Shown in pieces: positions 47,626 to 58,037 of a DNA stretch of 64,000 nucleotides (positions within the stretch are counted from its first letter, which is position 1; the number at the start of each line of letters is the position of its first letter). The position numbers were made by a program, and so were the translations under genes. The DNA is from Candidatus Bathyarchaeia archaeon (lineage in GTDB: Archaea; Thermoproteota; Bathyarchaeia; Bathyarchaeales; Bathycorpusculaceae): assembly GCA_049512935.1 (NCBI GenBank), contig JBEKWR010000002.1, positions 96,001 to 160,000 on the forward strand. The letters run 5' to 3'. Below the pieces are notes generated by a model, which saw only the letters and a program-made list of their open reading frames with translations, had not been told where the DNA came from and ran no database searches.

Positions 47626-48489
47626 TCACACAGCCCTCTCGCCAGTCTGCTCCACAAAAACATCCTCCAAGTTTGAATCACGGATAACTATGGATTTGAT
47701 GTTAGGCGGCAATTTCTCAACATAACATGTAGCTGCGGCTCTATCGGCAAAAAACTGGTAAAGCGTCTCTTTATTGTCTACAAGCGTCTCAACAACTATT
47801 GGCCCCAACTTGTTTCGCAATTCTTGAGGCGTTCCAACAGCAATCAACTTGCCGTGATGCATTATACCGACGCGCCCACATAAAGCCTCAGCCTCTTCAA
47901 TGTAATGGGTCGTAAGAAATATCGTGGTACCGTCGGAGTTTAGACGACGAACCAAACTCCAGAGTTTACGCCGAGATTGGGCATCTAGACCCACGGTTGG
48001 TTCATCTAAAAACAGGACTTTAGGTTCATGTAAAAGACTGCAGATTATTGCCGCTCTCTTTTTCATTCCACCTGAAAGCGTATCCACCATTTTATCGGCG
48101 TACTCTTTGAGTTCAACGTAATCAAGCAGTTCCGCTATGCGGAGCTTGCGATCTGAAGAACTCAAGCGGTGGAGCCGCGCATGAAACTCCATGTTTTCGC
48201 GCACAGTCAAGTCTCTATCTAAAGTCAGATGCTGCTGCACTACACCAATGATCCGCTTAACTTTGTCGGCGTCTTCTGTGACGTCGAAACCTCCAACCGA
48301 TGCGGAACCAGAAGTTGGATGAGTCAATGTGGTCAAGACACGGATGGTTGTGGTTTTGCCTGCTCCGTTAGGTCCTAAAAAACCGAAAATTTCTCCGCTG
48401 TGTACTCTTAAATCGAGGTCATGTACGGCTTGCACGGTACCGTAGTTTTTGTTTAGCTTTTCAGTTACTATCGATTCTTCCATCAACAA
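47626..48489 (-). CDS. ABC transporter ATP-binding protein (DrrA-like)
   Basis: GPNGAGKTT, LSGGM, FLDEPT, TTHY. Confidence 0.92.
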   Translation of the reverse strand: MLMEESIVTEKLNKNYGTVQAVHDLDLRVHSGEIFGFLGPNGAGKTTTIRVLTTLTHPTSGSASVGGFDVTEDADKVKRIIGVVQQHLTLDRDLTVRENMEFHARLHRLSSSDRKLRIAELLDYVELKEYADKMVDTLSGGMKKRAAIICSLLHEPKVLFLDEPTVGLDAQSRRKLWSLVRRLNSDGTTIFLTTHYIEEAEALCGRVGIMHHGKLIAVGTPQELRNKLGPIVVETLVDNKETLYQFFADRAAATCYVEKLPPNIKSIVIRDSNLEDVFVEQTGERAV

Positions 48490-48500
48490 GAAGTTGCCTT

Positions 48501-49286
48501 CTACTTGTCATGTTTCTCTAAAGCCAAAGTAACCGCACTCTTGGTTGCAAAAGCAATCAACTCGCTCATCTTAGTATGACCGCTAGTTACATGCAACGGC
48601 TTACCCATCTTTCCGGAAACGATAACCATATTATCAGTACCTGTGCCAGTTGCCTGATATCGGGGTGCATAGGTGCTTCTAACATCCAAATCCTGAAACG
48701 CGGCGGTCTTTGCCTCCGTGGCTGTTATTATGGCTCTTGCCATCGCCGCTTCGCTCAAGGTAGCATTGGTTAAAAGGATCAAGTTAACAGTGCCAATGGA
48801 GCCCACGTGTCCATCCCTCTCCACGTATCTTGTCACATCAACGCCCGCCCGCATCGCATTCTCCTTCGCCCCAGCAGTAGCCAAACAGCAAACTTTAAAC
48901 TCTTCATAGGATTGCTCACAAACAGCCAAGTCATCCATGTCGACTGCAGTGATCAAGAAACTTATTTCCTTCGGGTCTATTCCTAAGGCCAAAGGCAAAT
49001 TTCTTTTAAATTCATCAAGGTTTTTCATCATGTAATCTTCCAGTGTGGGAGGCGTGTAGGTGTTGGCAACATAGGGCACCTCATTGTAACCGTCCAACGT
49101 TGAAAGGACACGGCATTTCTCATCAAAGGAGACAAGCAAAGTGTTGACTTTCGACTCTCTGAAGAGGTAGTAAATTATCTTAGCATGCATTTTATCCAAC
49201 GATGTTTTTATTTTTCTTTCGCTTAGTTTTTCGCTGATTTCTTTCATCCCATCCTCTCTCTGCTGATAGCTTGCTTTTTCTTCCAT
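48501..49286 (-). CDS. cbiZ: Adenosylcobinamide amidohydrolase
   Basis: ITAVDM, ATAG..NA, GTVN, TATEAKTAA, ATGTGTD. Confidence 0.85.
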   Translation of the reverse strand: MEEKASYQQREDGMKEISEKLSERKIKTSLDKMHAKIIYYLFRESKVNTLLVSFDEKCRVLSTLDGYNEVPYVANTYTPPTLEDYMMKNLDEFKRNLPLALGIDPKEISFLITAVDMDDLAVCEQSYEEFKVCCLATAGAKENAMRAGVDVTRYVERDGHVGSIGTVNLILLTNATLSEAAMARAIITATEAKTAAFQDLDVRSTYAPRYQATGTGTDNMVIVSGKMGKPLHVTSGHTKMSELIAFATKSAVTLALEKHDK

Positions 49287-49749
49287 TAGCTTGCTTGTAC
49301 TTAAGTTAAGCTATTTCTATCATGTATTAGAGTTTCAACATGAATCAGCCCACTTGAAGAAATCAGAGTTCGCTGCATTTGAGCGCTCCCATACCTGGAG
49401 CCATTGAAAAACTTGTCAAGATAAAAGCTAGCTTCTGGACTTGCGAACCTAATCAGCTGAGCCATGGTGCAGTGCCTTTTTATTTCCGAAAAAGGATAAA
49501 GCGCGCGCTTAAAACTTTCCCATGGACCTTTTTTCTCATCTTTCGTTTCTGGCTCTGCTCAATATGGCTGTATGGTAAATTACGCGTTGGTCAGTCGGCA
49601 ACTGTTGAACGTGACTATTTGTTTGCATTTGAATGGGAAAATTTATGGGAATTGGCTTCTAGTTTCGGGTACGCGTCGGATTGCCCTATAATTCAGAAAG
49701 TTTCTTATAGCGGGTTGGATTATCCACCCTAACATGAGGGGATAATAGG

Positions 49750-50724
49750 ATGGTAAATAGAAACATCATTTACATTGCGACCGTAATAATCATCGTAATA
49801 ATAGTTTCAGGCGCATTCATCTACGCCGATTATAAAACTACAAATCAAAACGGCAAGACAGGCATTACTATAACCGACGACGAAAACTACAATACCACTC
49901 TGGCTGCTATTCCACAAAGAATTGTGTCATTGGCTCCCAGCTGCACCCAAATTCTATTCGCAATAGGAGAGGGAAGCAAAGTTGTAGGTGTCACAAGCGC
50001 TGACGATTACCCATACAATTTTGCAGCATGGGCGGCGGCTGGCAACATGACAATTGACGGAGACTACGGAAACCCAAACATGGAGGCTATTGCAGGGCTT
50101 CGTCCCGATTTGATAGTTACAGACAGTATTAATGACCCCAAGCTTCCAAGCATGAGAAGCCTTGAATACAACGTGATAGAACTAAACCCATCTACAGTCG
50201 AAGGAATCTACAAAGATATAGCATTAATGGGGAAAGCGACAGGGGCCACCACTGAGGCGAATACAGTAATCCAAAACTTGACAAGCACAATTAATTCGAT
50301 AGCGACAAAAATCGCTAATGCGCACGTGACTCCGCTGAAGGTCTTTTACGAAGTTTGGACCCCGCCACTTATTACCGCTGGCTATACGACCTGGATCAAC
50401 GATGTCATAAGCAAGGCTGGCGGTGTCAACATCTTCAGTAACTCAAGCGACACCACAGCGTACCCGACAGTTTCCTCTGAAGCCGTTGTTGCACTCAATC
50501 CAGACGCGATATTCCTACCCACAGAAATGGGACAAGCCCCGTTCTATGGAAGCGTCAACGATGTGAAGGCAACGCCAGGGTGGAATACAATCAGTGCAGT
50601 GCAAAACAACAAAATCTTCGTCGTCAACGGAGATGTCTTCGCAGAACCTGGCCCCAGAGTTGCTGACTGCGTCTATGCTATCGCATCCGACTTGTATCCA
50701 CAGCTTTTCAATTCCACCTCCTAA
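49750..50724 (+). CDS. btuF: Cobalamin/iron-chelate ABC substrate-binding protein
   Basis: PQRIVSLAPSCTQILFAIG, LNPDAI, PGPRV; next to cbiZ. Confidence 0.82.
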   Translation: MVNRNIIYIATVIIIVIIVSGAFIYADYKTTNQNGKTGITITDDENYNTTLAAIPQRIVSLAPSCTQILFAIGEGSKVVGVTSADDYPYNFAAWAAAGNMTIDGDYGNPNMEAIAGLRPDLIVTDSINDPKLPSMRSLEYNVIELNPSTVEGIYKDIALMGKATGATTEANTVIQNLTSTINSIATKIANAHVTPLKVFYEVWTPPLITAGYTTWINDVISKAGGVNIFSNSSDTTAYPTVSSEAVVALNPDAIFLPTEMGQAPFYGSVNDVKATPGWNTISAVQNNKIFVVNGDVFAEPGPRVADCVYAIASDLYPQLFNSTS

Positions 50725-50741
50725 TTTTTTTGTCGTGAAAT

Positions 50742-51818
50742 ATGATGAGTGCAGAGGGTAGCTACGTCAAGCGTTCGTCGCGATGGAAAGTAATCTTAGC
50801 CGCATTAGTGTTAGCTCTCGTTTTGACCTTAATAGTGTCTCTTAACATAGGTTACGCTTCTTACATATCCTTCTCGCAAATCTTGGCCATATTAGGCAAG
50901 CAGATTCCGTTCCTGAGCGGCTCAATAAATTCAGCCTCAATATCGCCATCCGATCAAGCTATAATTTTGCTAATTCGTTTTCCGCGTGTGCTCGCTGCCG
51001 CTTTAGTCGGAGCAGGACTGGCCGCGGCGGGTGTCATTTATCAGGGTGTTTTCAGGAATCCCATGGCTGACTCGTACCTGCTGGGTGCCTCAGCGGGCGC
51101 GTCAGTGGGTTACGCCATCGCTATCTTGTATGTTTCGACTGCCTTTACAATTGTGGGTCTAGGAATAGCGCAGGCTTTCGCGTTTATGTTTGCCTTGTTA
51201 GCCGTGTTCTTGGTGCTTTTTGTTGCGAGGGTTGGCAATAGAATTCCAGTCACCAACCTGCTACTCACAGGCTTAGTCTTCAACATCTTCTTTCTAGCTT
51301 TGTTCTCAATTATGGAAGTTCACGCTGGTCACGCTCTCAGCGGGTTAGTTGGTTTTACCCTAGGCGGATTCTCCGACATTGTTTGGCTGCAGGTCTGGGC
51401 TGTATTTCCTTTCGTAATTGCTGGCATAGCCATAACGTTCTTCTTTACCCGCGACCTAAACATGCTCTCCATGGGCGACGAAACCGCGCAGCATCTGGGG
51501 GTGAACACGGAGAAAGTGCGCCAGATGCTGCTCATTATCGCGTCTCTGATGACGGCGGCGTGTGTTGCAATCAGCGGCGTCATAGGTTTCGTAGGCTTAA
51601 TTGTTCCCCACATGACCCGGCTGGCTATTGGACCTGACCACAGAATCCTCCTTCCCGCCTCAGCAATCGTCGGAGCCATGTTCTTAGTGATTTGCGACGC
51701 ATTTACAAGAGTCGCTACAGGAGCATCTGAGCTGCCTGTCGGGGTCATAACCGCCCTCGTCGGCACGCCGGTCTTCATCTACCTGATTAGGAGGAGAAGA
51801 ACAGCCTATTCGCTTTGA
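50742..51818 (+). CDS. btuC: FecCD/BtuC permease
   Basis: QGVFRNPMAD, GDETAQHLGV, IGFVGLIVPH. Confidence 0.88.
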   Translation: MMSAEGSYVKRSSRWKVILAALVLALVLTLIVSLNIGYASYISFSQILAILGKQIPFLSGSINSASISPSDQAIILLIRFPRVLAAALVGAGLAAAGVIYQGVFRNPMADSYLLGASAGASVGYAIAILYVSTAFTIVGLGIAQAFAFMFALLAVFLVLFVARVGNRIPVTNLLLTGLVFNIFFLALFSIMEVHAGHALSGLVGFTLGGFSDIVWLQVWAVFPFVIAGIAITFFFTRDLNMLSMGDETAQHLGVNTEKVRQMLLIIASLMTAACVAISGVIGFVGLIVPHMTRLAIGPDHRILLPASAIVGAMFLVICDAFTRVATGASELPVGVITALVGTPVFIYLIRRRRTAYSL

Positions 51819-51832
51819 GGAGACAGAAAAAC

Positions 51833-53188
51833 ATGGTTTCACTGAATATCGATGGGGTCGAATGCCGTTACGGCTCAATCAAAATCTTAGAGGACGTGAG
51901 CCTATCGGTGAAGGCAGGTGACTTCGTGGGGATTTTGGGACCCAACGGCTCCGGCAAAACCACGCTTCTTAGAAGCATAAGCCGAACGCTCAAACCGTAT
52001 AAGGGCGCTATCATGCTAAACGACAAGGACCTTTACTCTCTTAAAAACATAGAAGTGGCAAAGCAGATGGCTGTGGTTCCACAGGACAACTCAATCAGTT
52101 TCAGCTTCACCGCGTTGGAGGTTGTTTTGATGGGGCGCAATCCGCACATGGAGCGGTTCCAGATGGAAACTGAAAAGGACATGGCTATCGCCCGAAAAGT
52201 CATGAATTTGACAAATACGTGGCATCTGGCATCGAGACCTGTGAACGAACTCAGCGGCGGAGAGCGGCAACGTGTAATTATTGCCCGGGCCTTGGCGCAG
52301 GAACCTAAAGTTCTGCTCTTGGACGAGCCCCTCACATACCTCGATATCATCAACCAGTTAGAAGTCATGGATTTAATCAAGTCGCTCTGCGTGGCTGATG
52401 GAATAATAGCCATGGCTGTCGTCCATGACCTTAATCTTGCAGCTCGATACTGCAACAACGCTTTACTTCTTAAAAACGGGAAAGTCTACGCCGCGGGAAC
52501 TATAGATACGGTGTTGACTAGCGAAAACATAAAAAACGTCTTCAGAGTAGACGCTTTAGTGAGGAAAAACGCTGTCACCAACTCCCTCTATGTCACCCCG
52601 CTGTCACCTCAGAAAGCTTCGACTCCGAGAAACTGTTCAATTCACATAGTCAGCGGGGCAGGAACAGGAACCGTGCTGATGAAGGCTCTCCAAGAAGAAG
52701 GCTACACCATAACAGCCGGCGTTCTTAACGTTTTAGACACCGACTTCGAAACCGCGGAATTTCTGAATATACCCGTAGTTAGTGAAGCGCCATTTTCCCC
52801 AATAACCGAAAAAAGCTGCATGGCAAACTTTGACATGATGACCAAGGCAGGATTTATCGTCATAACCTCGGTTCCATTCGGCTACGGAAACCTTTCCAAT
52901 CTGGAATCGGCGCTTGCAGCTGTCAAACTGGGAGTCCAAACCTACGTTATCGAAGAAGAACCTATAGAAAACCGCGACTTCACAAGCGGCAAAGCAGCAG
53001 CCTTAATGGAAGAGCTGAGGAAACATGGTGCCGTCTTCATCAAACATGCCTCCGAGCTGCCGACGCTGGTCAACGCAAACCATGATTTGATGGAACTGCA
53101 GAAAAACGGGCAGAAAGAAATTCCAGGTCACACAAAAAACGTCACCAAAGAAATTATACAACCTACAAAATGTAAGGAGCAAACCTGA
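51833..53188 (+). CDS. btuD: BtuD-like ABC ATPase with C-terminal extension
   Basis: GPNGSGKT, LSGGE, LLDEP, HDLNLA; extra domain IHIVSGAGTG. Confidence 0.85.
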   Translation: MVSLNIDGVECRYGSIKILEDVSLSVKAGDFVGILGPNGSGKTTLLRSISRTLKPYKGAIMLNDKDLYSLKNIEVAKQMAVVPQDNSISFSFTALEVVLMGRNPHMERFQMETEKDMAIARKVMNLTNTWHLASRPVNELSGGERQRVIIARALAQEPKVLLLDEPLTYLDIINQLEVMDLIKSLCVADGIIAMAVVHDLNLAARYCNNALLLKNGKVYAAGTIDTVLTSENIKNVFRVDALVRKNAVTNSLYVTPLSPQKASTPRNCSIHIVSGAGTGTVLMKALQEEGYTITAGVLNVLDTDFETAEFLNIPVVSEAPFSPITEKSCMANFDMMTKAGFIVITSVPFGYGNLSNLESALAAVKLGVQTYVIEEEPIENRDFTSGKAAALMEELRKHGAVFIKHASELPTLVNANHDLMELQKNGQKEIPGHTKNVTKEIIQPTKCKEQT

Positions 53189-54298
53189 GTGCCCTCAAAA
53201 ACAAACCCTGAGCTAACATTTGGCGTGGAGAAACACGGCAGAAGGCTGGATCATTTCATCTGGTCATGCACAAGGGCTTACCCTGTTAAGCACGCTTTTT
53301 CTCTCGGCGACGGAAAACCATTACCGAACGAGTTGACAACTGCGGAAGCTAAGGTTATGCTTAAGAAAGTGGCGGATTTCGGAGCCGACAACCTGTTCAT
53401 TTCCGGCGCTGGCTGGACTGGAGAACCTCTGATGCGTAAAGATTTCTTGGAGCTGATTCGTTATGTCGCAGAGTTGGAGCTGGCGCCTTACGTGAAGGTC
53501 ACTGGCTGGCATTTCAATCGCAAAGTCGCGGAGGAGTTGGCTGAGGCGAAATGCAAAGCTATAGTTTGCTTCGCGGGGCTCAAGGAAACTGATGCTAAAC
53601 TGCGTGGGGAAGATGCGTTTGATGAAAGCTTAGCCGCGGCGAAATTGTGTAAAGAGTTCGGAATTCCTTTTGCTGTAAGCGTCATAAACACAAAGTACGT
53701 TGCCAACCAAGTTTCTGCTTTAGTCGAGTTTGCCATTGATTTAGGCGCTCGCAGTTTCCATTTGGCTTCACTGATTCCTCAGCCTATAGACGTTGAGAAC
53801 CAGCTTAAGGTGCTTGGTCCGCTCGAGTCTACACCCCAGGAAAAGGAAACTCAGCTCGAAGAAATTTATGAACTAAACAAAAAAGTAAGAGATAGAATCC
53901 TTATAGTTCCTTACGAAATGTTCAATAACCGTCTTTTGAAAACGAAGGAACCGCAAAGAGAATTGCGCAGCACCTGCAGCATGTGCGACAACCTGGTCAA
54001 AAACGAGTGGCTGGAGATTTTAGAGGACGGAAAAGCATACGCTTGCGCCCCTCTCGGCTTAGAGTTTGGCGACATAAGAACAGACAGCATTCAACAAATC
54101 ATGGATCGCATGCGTGTATCCGACAAAATTAAGACGCTGGCAGACCGATCCAACCTCAAAGGCAAATGCGGCATCTGCCAATTCAAAACTATCTGTGGCG
54201 GCTGCCGAGCCCGAGCTTACATCTACTCGAAAGACCCGTTAAACCAGGACCCGGCGTGCGTTTATCAGCCGAAAAAAGCAACGTTCGAGGGCAACTGA
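53189..54298 (+). CDS. Radical-SAM/SPASM-like protein lacking the CxxxCxxC motif
   Basis: ELTTAE, TGEPLMRKD, SPASM GKCGICQFKTICGGCRARA...DPAC; N-terminus WSCTRAYPVKH. Confidence 0.75.
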   Translation: MPSKTNPELTFGVEKHGRRLDHFIWSCTRAYPVKHAFSLGDGKPLPNELTTAEAKVMLKKVADFGADNLFISGAGWTGEPLMRKDFLELIRYVAELELAPYVKVTGWHFNRKVAEELAEAKCKAIVCFAGLKETDAKLRGEDAFDESLAAAKLCKEFGIPFAVSVINTKYVANQVSALVEFAIDLGARSFHLASLIPQPIDVENQLKVLGPLESTPQEKETQLEEIYELNKKVRDRILIVPYEMFNNRLLKTKEPQRELRSTCSMCDNLVKNEWLEILEDGKAYACAPLGLEFGDIRTDSIQQIMDRMRVSDKIKTLADRSNLKGKCGICQFKTICGGCRARAYIYSKDPLNQDPACVYQPKKATFEGN

Positions 54299-54321
54299 AT
54301 TTCGCTAAGTAGGTCAGAACA

Positions 54322-54954
54322 ATGACACAAGATGAAAACAGAAAATCGCTTGAGTTCCTAAGAAACCGAGCGTTAGATTTAGGCGCCGTTGACGCAAAAA
54401 TAATTCCCGCCGAAAAAATCGTGGTAGCAGACCGCGTTGTTTTCAAATGCCGTCTGGGCTGCGAAAAATATGGAAAAACATTGGCTTGCCCCCCTTACGC
54501 GCCGACCCCCAGTGAGTTTCGAAAAATCGTCAGTGAATACCACCACGCGTTGTTCATGAAATTCAACTCGCATGCTGAAGGCAATTCAGAACTCATAAAA
54601 TACCTTGCAAAAGCCGATGACCCGTCTGTTCCCCCAGAGATGAAGGCGAAAGTGGAAGTTTTCTGGTCCGCATGGAAAGATGACATGAAACATTTGCTTG
54701 AAACAGTTTTAGAACTCGAAAAAGCAGCGGCTGAAAAAGGGTATCTTCTTGCCGTAGGATTAGTTTCAGGATCATGTCAACTATGCGAAAAATGCAACGT
54801 TCAGAATGGGATATGCGTGCATCCCGCTAAGAGACGATTCTCCGAAGAGGGAGTGGGAGTCGACGTGAAGGCAACTGCCGAAAACGCTGGCGTAAAATTT
54901 ACTTTGCCTTTCAATAAAAACCCTGAAACCTTTGCCCTGCTCTTGATAGATTAG
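54322..54954 (+). CDS. DUF2284 metal-binding protein
   Basis: KCRLGCEKYG...CPP, GSCQLCEKC...C, SEEGVGVDV. Confidence 0.82.
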   Translation: MTQDENRKSLEFLRNRALDLGAVDAKIIPAEKIVVADRVVFKCRLGCEKYGKTLACPPYAPTPSEFRKIVSEYHHALFMKFNSHAEGNSELIKYLAKADDPSVPPEMKAKVEVFWSAWKDDMKHLLETVLELEKAAAEKGYLLAVGLVSGSCQLCEKCNVQNGICVHPAKRRFSEEGVGVDVKATAENAGVKFTLPFNKNPETFALLLID

Positions 54955-55175
54955 GCAAATGTTGCGCTGGGTTTCCTCGGAAGGAATTTTGGAAATTAGA
55001 GATTTTCTGGTCCGCACGCTGGTTTATCGGCCACTGAAGCAAAAACTTGCTCAGCAAACTCATCTTGCTCTTCGTTCCCGCTGACCGCGCGCTGACATTT
55101 TAGCTGACCAAAAATTTTCAAAAAATTTTTCGTTCGCTATAAATTGAAAGTTAAAAAAAAGCCATTTGGCAGGTC

Positions 55176-55886
55176 TTAATCTTTCTTCATCGCTTCTACC
55201 TTTAGCTCTTTAGGCATAAGCTCGATAGCGTACCTCAAAGCTGTTCGAGGCATGTCGGCTTTGTTTTTAACAACATACTCGAACACTTCTTTTTGGTGTC
55301 TCCTGCTTTCCTCTTTCAACAGCCACCCATAACCCTTCTGCACCATATCATCCTCATCAGCCAACAGCACGTCGCAGATTTCAAAGGCATCTCGCAGGAA
55401 ACAGCCTTTTTTTGCTGGAACAATAAGCGACACAGCAGCGGCACGTCTAAGCCAACGGTTCCCGCTTTTAGCCCAACTCTTAACTTCGCCAAGAACCTGC
55501 GGGTACTTCTGGATTAAGTCGCCGACTGTGTGGTTGCAGAAACCGTCGCATTTAGCCCAATTATCAATGTAGTTTTCAATCCACGCTTTGAAGGTTGCCA
55601 AATCAGCTGGTTCAAGGTTGCAAACGTAGTTGGGCAGCCAGAAGGCAACTATGAACGCTTCCTCTGTATAGTCTGAACGGTAAAGCTCCTCGCAAAGATT
55701 GAAAATCGCTTGCTTGCTTAGGGTTTGTACTTGCTTCCAGTATTTTTTAGCTATTTTCCCGACAGTTGGTGTTTTCACACCGTAATATTTTACCTGCTCT
55801 TTGAAAAAGCGTTGAAAGGTTTTTTGAGTTTGCGGGTCAGTGTTAGCTTGCAAATCTTGTCTTATCTGTTCGAGGATAGTGTTCAT
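55176..55886 (-). CDS. AlkD-like DNA alkylation repair protein
   Basis: DNWAKCD, WLRRAA, DMVQKGYGWLLKE, PRTALRYAIE. Confidence 0.88.
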   Translation of the reverse strand: MNTILEQIRQDLQANTDPQTQKTFQRFFKEQVKYYGVKTPTVGKIAKKYWKQVQTLSKQAIFNLCEELYRSDYTEEAFIVAFWLPNYVCNLEPADLATFKAWIENYIDNWAKCDGFCNHTVGDLIQKYPQVLGEVKSWAKSGNRWLRRAAAVSLIVPAKKGCFLRDAFEICDVLLADEDDMVQKGYGWLLKEESRRHQKEVFEYVVKNKADMPRTALRYAIELMPKELKVEAMKKD

Positions 55887-55971
55887 GGCTGTAAAACGGT
55901 ATTTTGTTAATAATAGCTTTTCGTAAAACTTGAAACAAAATTACAATTAAAAGTGGAAGAAGCCTTAGCGG

Positions 55972-56265
55972 CTAATATTCTTCCATTTGGTAGAGGTTAA
56001 GGTCGATGTTGAGGGTTTTTTCTGGCGTGTGTGCTTCTTCCAAGTCATAGAGGTTGTGCGTGGCTTTCTCCAGACTGCTTGTTATTTCAGGAGCCATTTC
56101 GGATTTAGCCATCCCAACTTTCATTTTAGTCTTGGGCTTGCGGACTACGTGGGAAGTGCCTATTACCATGGAGTTGTCGATCATTTTTGGGACAACTTCA
56201 ACTTTAACGTCTTCAATCATTAACGTGTTCTTGAGGGCTTCGTCGTGTAATGCGTGTTTAGTCAA
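55972..56265 (-). CDS. Hypothetical 97-aa protein coupled to cdrS-like gene
   Basis: TTG start overlapping the RHH stop with GGAGG upstream; tail LNIDLNLYQMEEY. Confidence 0.55.
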   Translation of the reverse strand: MTKHALHDEALKNTLMIEDVKVEVVPKMIDNSMVIGTSHVVRKPKTKMKVGMAKSEMAPEITSSLEKATHNLYDLEEAHTPEKTLNIDLNLYQMEEY

Positions 56266-56413
56266 CGCCTTTTCGCCTCCAAACCTCGGCACTGATTAGG
56301 TCGCGGATGGCTACCCTGATGGCTTCGGCGCGGTTAGGATAGAACCGCTCGTCAACCAGCTGATCCAAAGCTTTTATATATGTTTCAGGCAGATACAGAG
56401 TGATTAGTTTCAT
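56258..56413 (-). CDS. 51-aa ribbon-helix-helix regulator, CdrS-like (not in ORF track)
   Basis: MKLITLYLPETYIKALDQLVDERFYPNRAEAIRVAIRDLISAEVWRRKGVD. Confidence 0.85.
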   Translation of the reverse strand: MKLITLYLPETYIKALDQLVDERFYPNRAEAIRVAIRDLISAEVWRRKGVD

Positions 56414-56627
56414 TAGTTTATCTCTCCCAATTTGTGATTGAACAAACAGACAGAGTCTCGCAACCTATACATGTATATAATATGCTGTAAACATGCCTAT
56501 AACATGTTCATGCCACAGCATATAAGCATTTGAAAGACCATGCTGCAGCTATCTGTCAATTTCCACTCAGGAACCTTTAAGTTTTTATTCTTTGTTGAAA
56601 TAACTAACATGCTGGTGTACATGCTTA

Positions 56628-57917
56628 TTGCAGGTTTTCCTTAAGAATTTCGGCTGCTCAGGAAACATCGCTGACGGCGAAGTCTTAGCTGGCTGCCTAC
56701 AACAGGCTGGCTTCCAACTCGTTGCCTCAGAAGCCGAGGCTGACGTTTTAATCTACAACACCTGCGCGGTGAAAGGACCAACGGAAAACCGAATCATAGA
56801 CGCCATGAAACATGCGCCGGCAGCCAAAAAACTTGTCGTTGCAGGTTGCCTGCCCAAAATAAGTTTTGAACGGCTGCTTAGGGAGGTACGCTTTGATGGT
56901 GCAGTCGGTCCCGCGGTTGGCGCGGAAATAGTCGACGTGGTTAAGCGTGTTGCGGCAGGCGAAAAAGTCGTCGAGTTAGACGAGTTGAACGTGAAGCCGG
57001 AGCTTGATTTGCCGAGAGTCAGGTCTAACCCTGTTGTGAGCGTTGTCCCGATAAATTATGGTTGCTTGGGCTCTTGCGCCTACTGCTGCGTTGTCTTCGC
57101 AAGGGGACACCTGAGAAGCTACAGCATCAAAGAAGTCGTTGACCGAGTGAAAGCCGACGTTGCAGGTGGCATGAAGGAGTTTTGGGTGACCTCTCAGGAT
57201 ACCGCATGCTACGGAAGGGATCAGCACAGCAACCTCGCGGAGCTACTGCAGACGCTGGGCGACTTGCCTGGCGATTTTCGAGTTCGCGTAGGCATGATGA
57301 CCCCAAACATGGTAACTGACATGCAGGATGAGCTGATTGATGCTTTCAAAAGCGATAAAGTCTTCAAGTTTCTGCATTTGCCCGTGCAGAGCGGCGATGA
57401 CGAAACTTTGAGGCGCATGCGCAGGTTTTACACGGCAGCCGAATTCGTGGGCGTTGTTGAGGCGTTTAGGGCGCAGTTTCCTCAGTTGACGCTTGCCACC
57501 GACGTCATCGTTGGGTTCCCAGGCGAAACAGAGCAGGCTTTCCAGAACACTCTCGAACTCTTAGAGGAAGTCAAACCTGACATCGTCAACGTTTCCAAGT
57601 TCTTTGCTAGACCCAAAACTTCAGCGTGGCGGATGCAGGATGGCTTGGTTGCAAAAGAGGAGATTAAGCGCAGAAGCGCCGTTGCGGCGGAGTTGGCTAA
57701 GCGGATTTCTCTAGAGCGGAACCTGCGTTGGGTAGGCTGGGCTGGGGAAGTGCTAATCGATGAGAAAGGAAAAGTTGAGGGTTCATGGATGGGACGCAAC
57801 TTCGCCTACAAACCCGTCGTCGTAGAGAACAAAGATTACTTGCTGGGTAAAAAATTACAGGTCAAGGTTGTGGAGGCCTCGGTTACTTATCTCAAGGGCA
57901 TAGTCGCCCTAAACTAA
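56628..57917 (+). CDS. tRNA t6A37 methylthiotransferase (archaeal MtaB/MiaB-like)
   Basis: FGCSGN, NTCAVK, AGC, GCLGSCAYC, HLPVQSG, TRAM domain. Confidence 0.9.
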   Translation: MQVFLKNFGCSGNIADGEVLAGCLQQAGFQLVASEAEADVLIYNTCAVKGPTENRIIDAMKHAPAAKKLVVAGCLPKISFERLLREVRFDGAVGPAVGAEIVDVVKRVAAGEKVVELDELNVKPELDLPRVRSNPVVSVVPINYGCLGSCAYCCVVFARGHLRSYSIKEVVDRVKADVAGGMKEFWVTSQDTACYGRDQHSNLAELLQTLGDLPGDFRVRVGMMTPNMVTDMQDELIDAFKSDKVFKFLHLPVQSGDDETLRRMRRFYTAAEFVGVVEAFRAQFPQLTLATDVIVGFPGETEQAFQNTLELLEEVKPDIVNVSKFFARPKTSAWRMQDGLVAKEEIKRRSAVAAELAKRISLERNLRWVGWAGEVLIDEKGKVEGSWMGRNFAYKPVVVENKDYLLGKKLQVKVVEASVTYLKGIVALN

Positions 57918-58037
57918 CGTGTTAAAAAGCAGCTTGAATCGAGTTAAGGGCTTAACGAAGACTGCTTCGTAATCTGAGCTTTAGCTATTATAAGAATTTT
58001 TATATGTGCGCTCATCCCTTAAACAGTTGGGAATTGC

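Noticed and set aside
49287-49749. Cobalamin riboswitch between cbiZ and btuF
   Set aside because: GGGAA words are present but I could not find the B12-box or conserved stems
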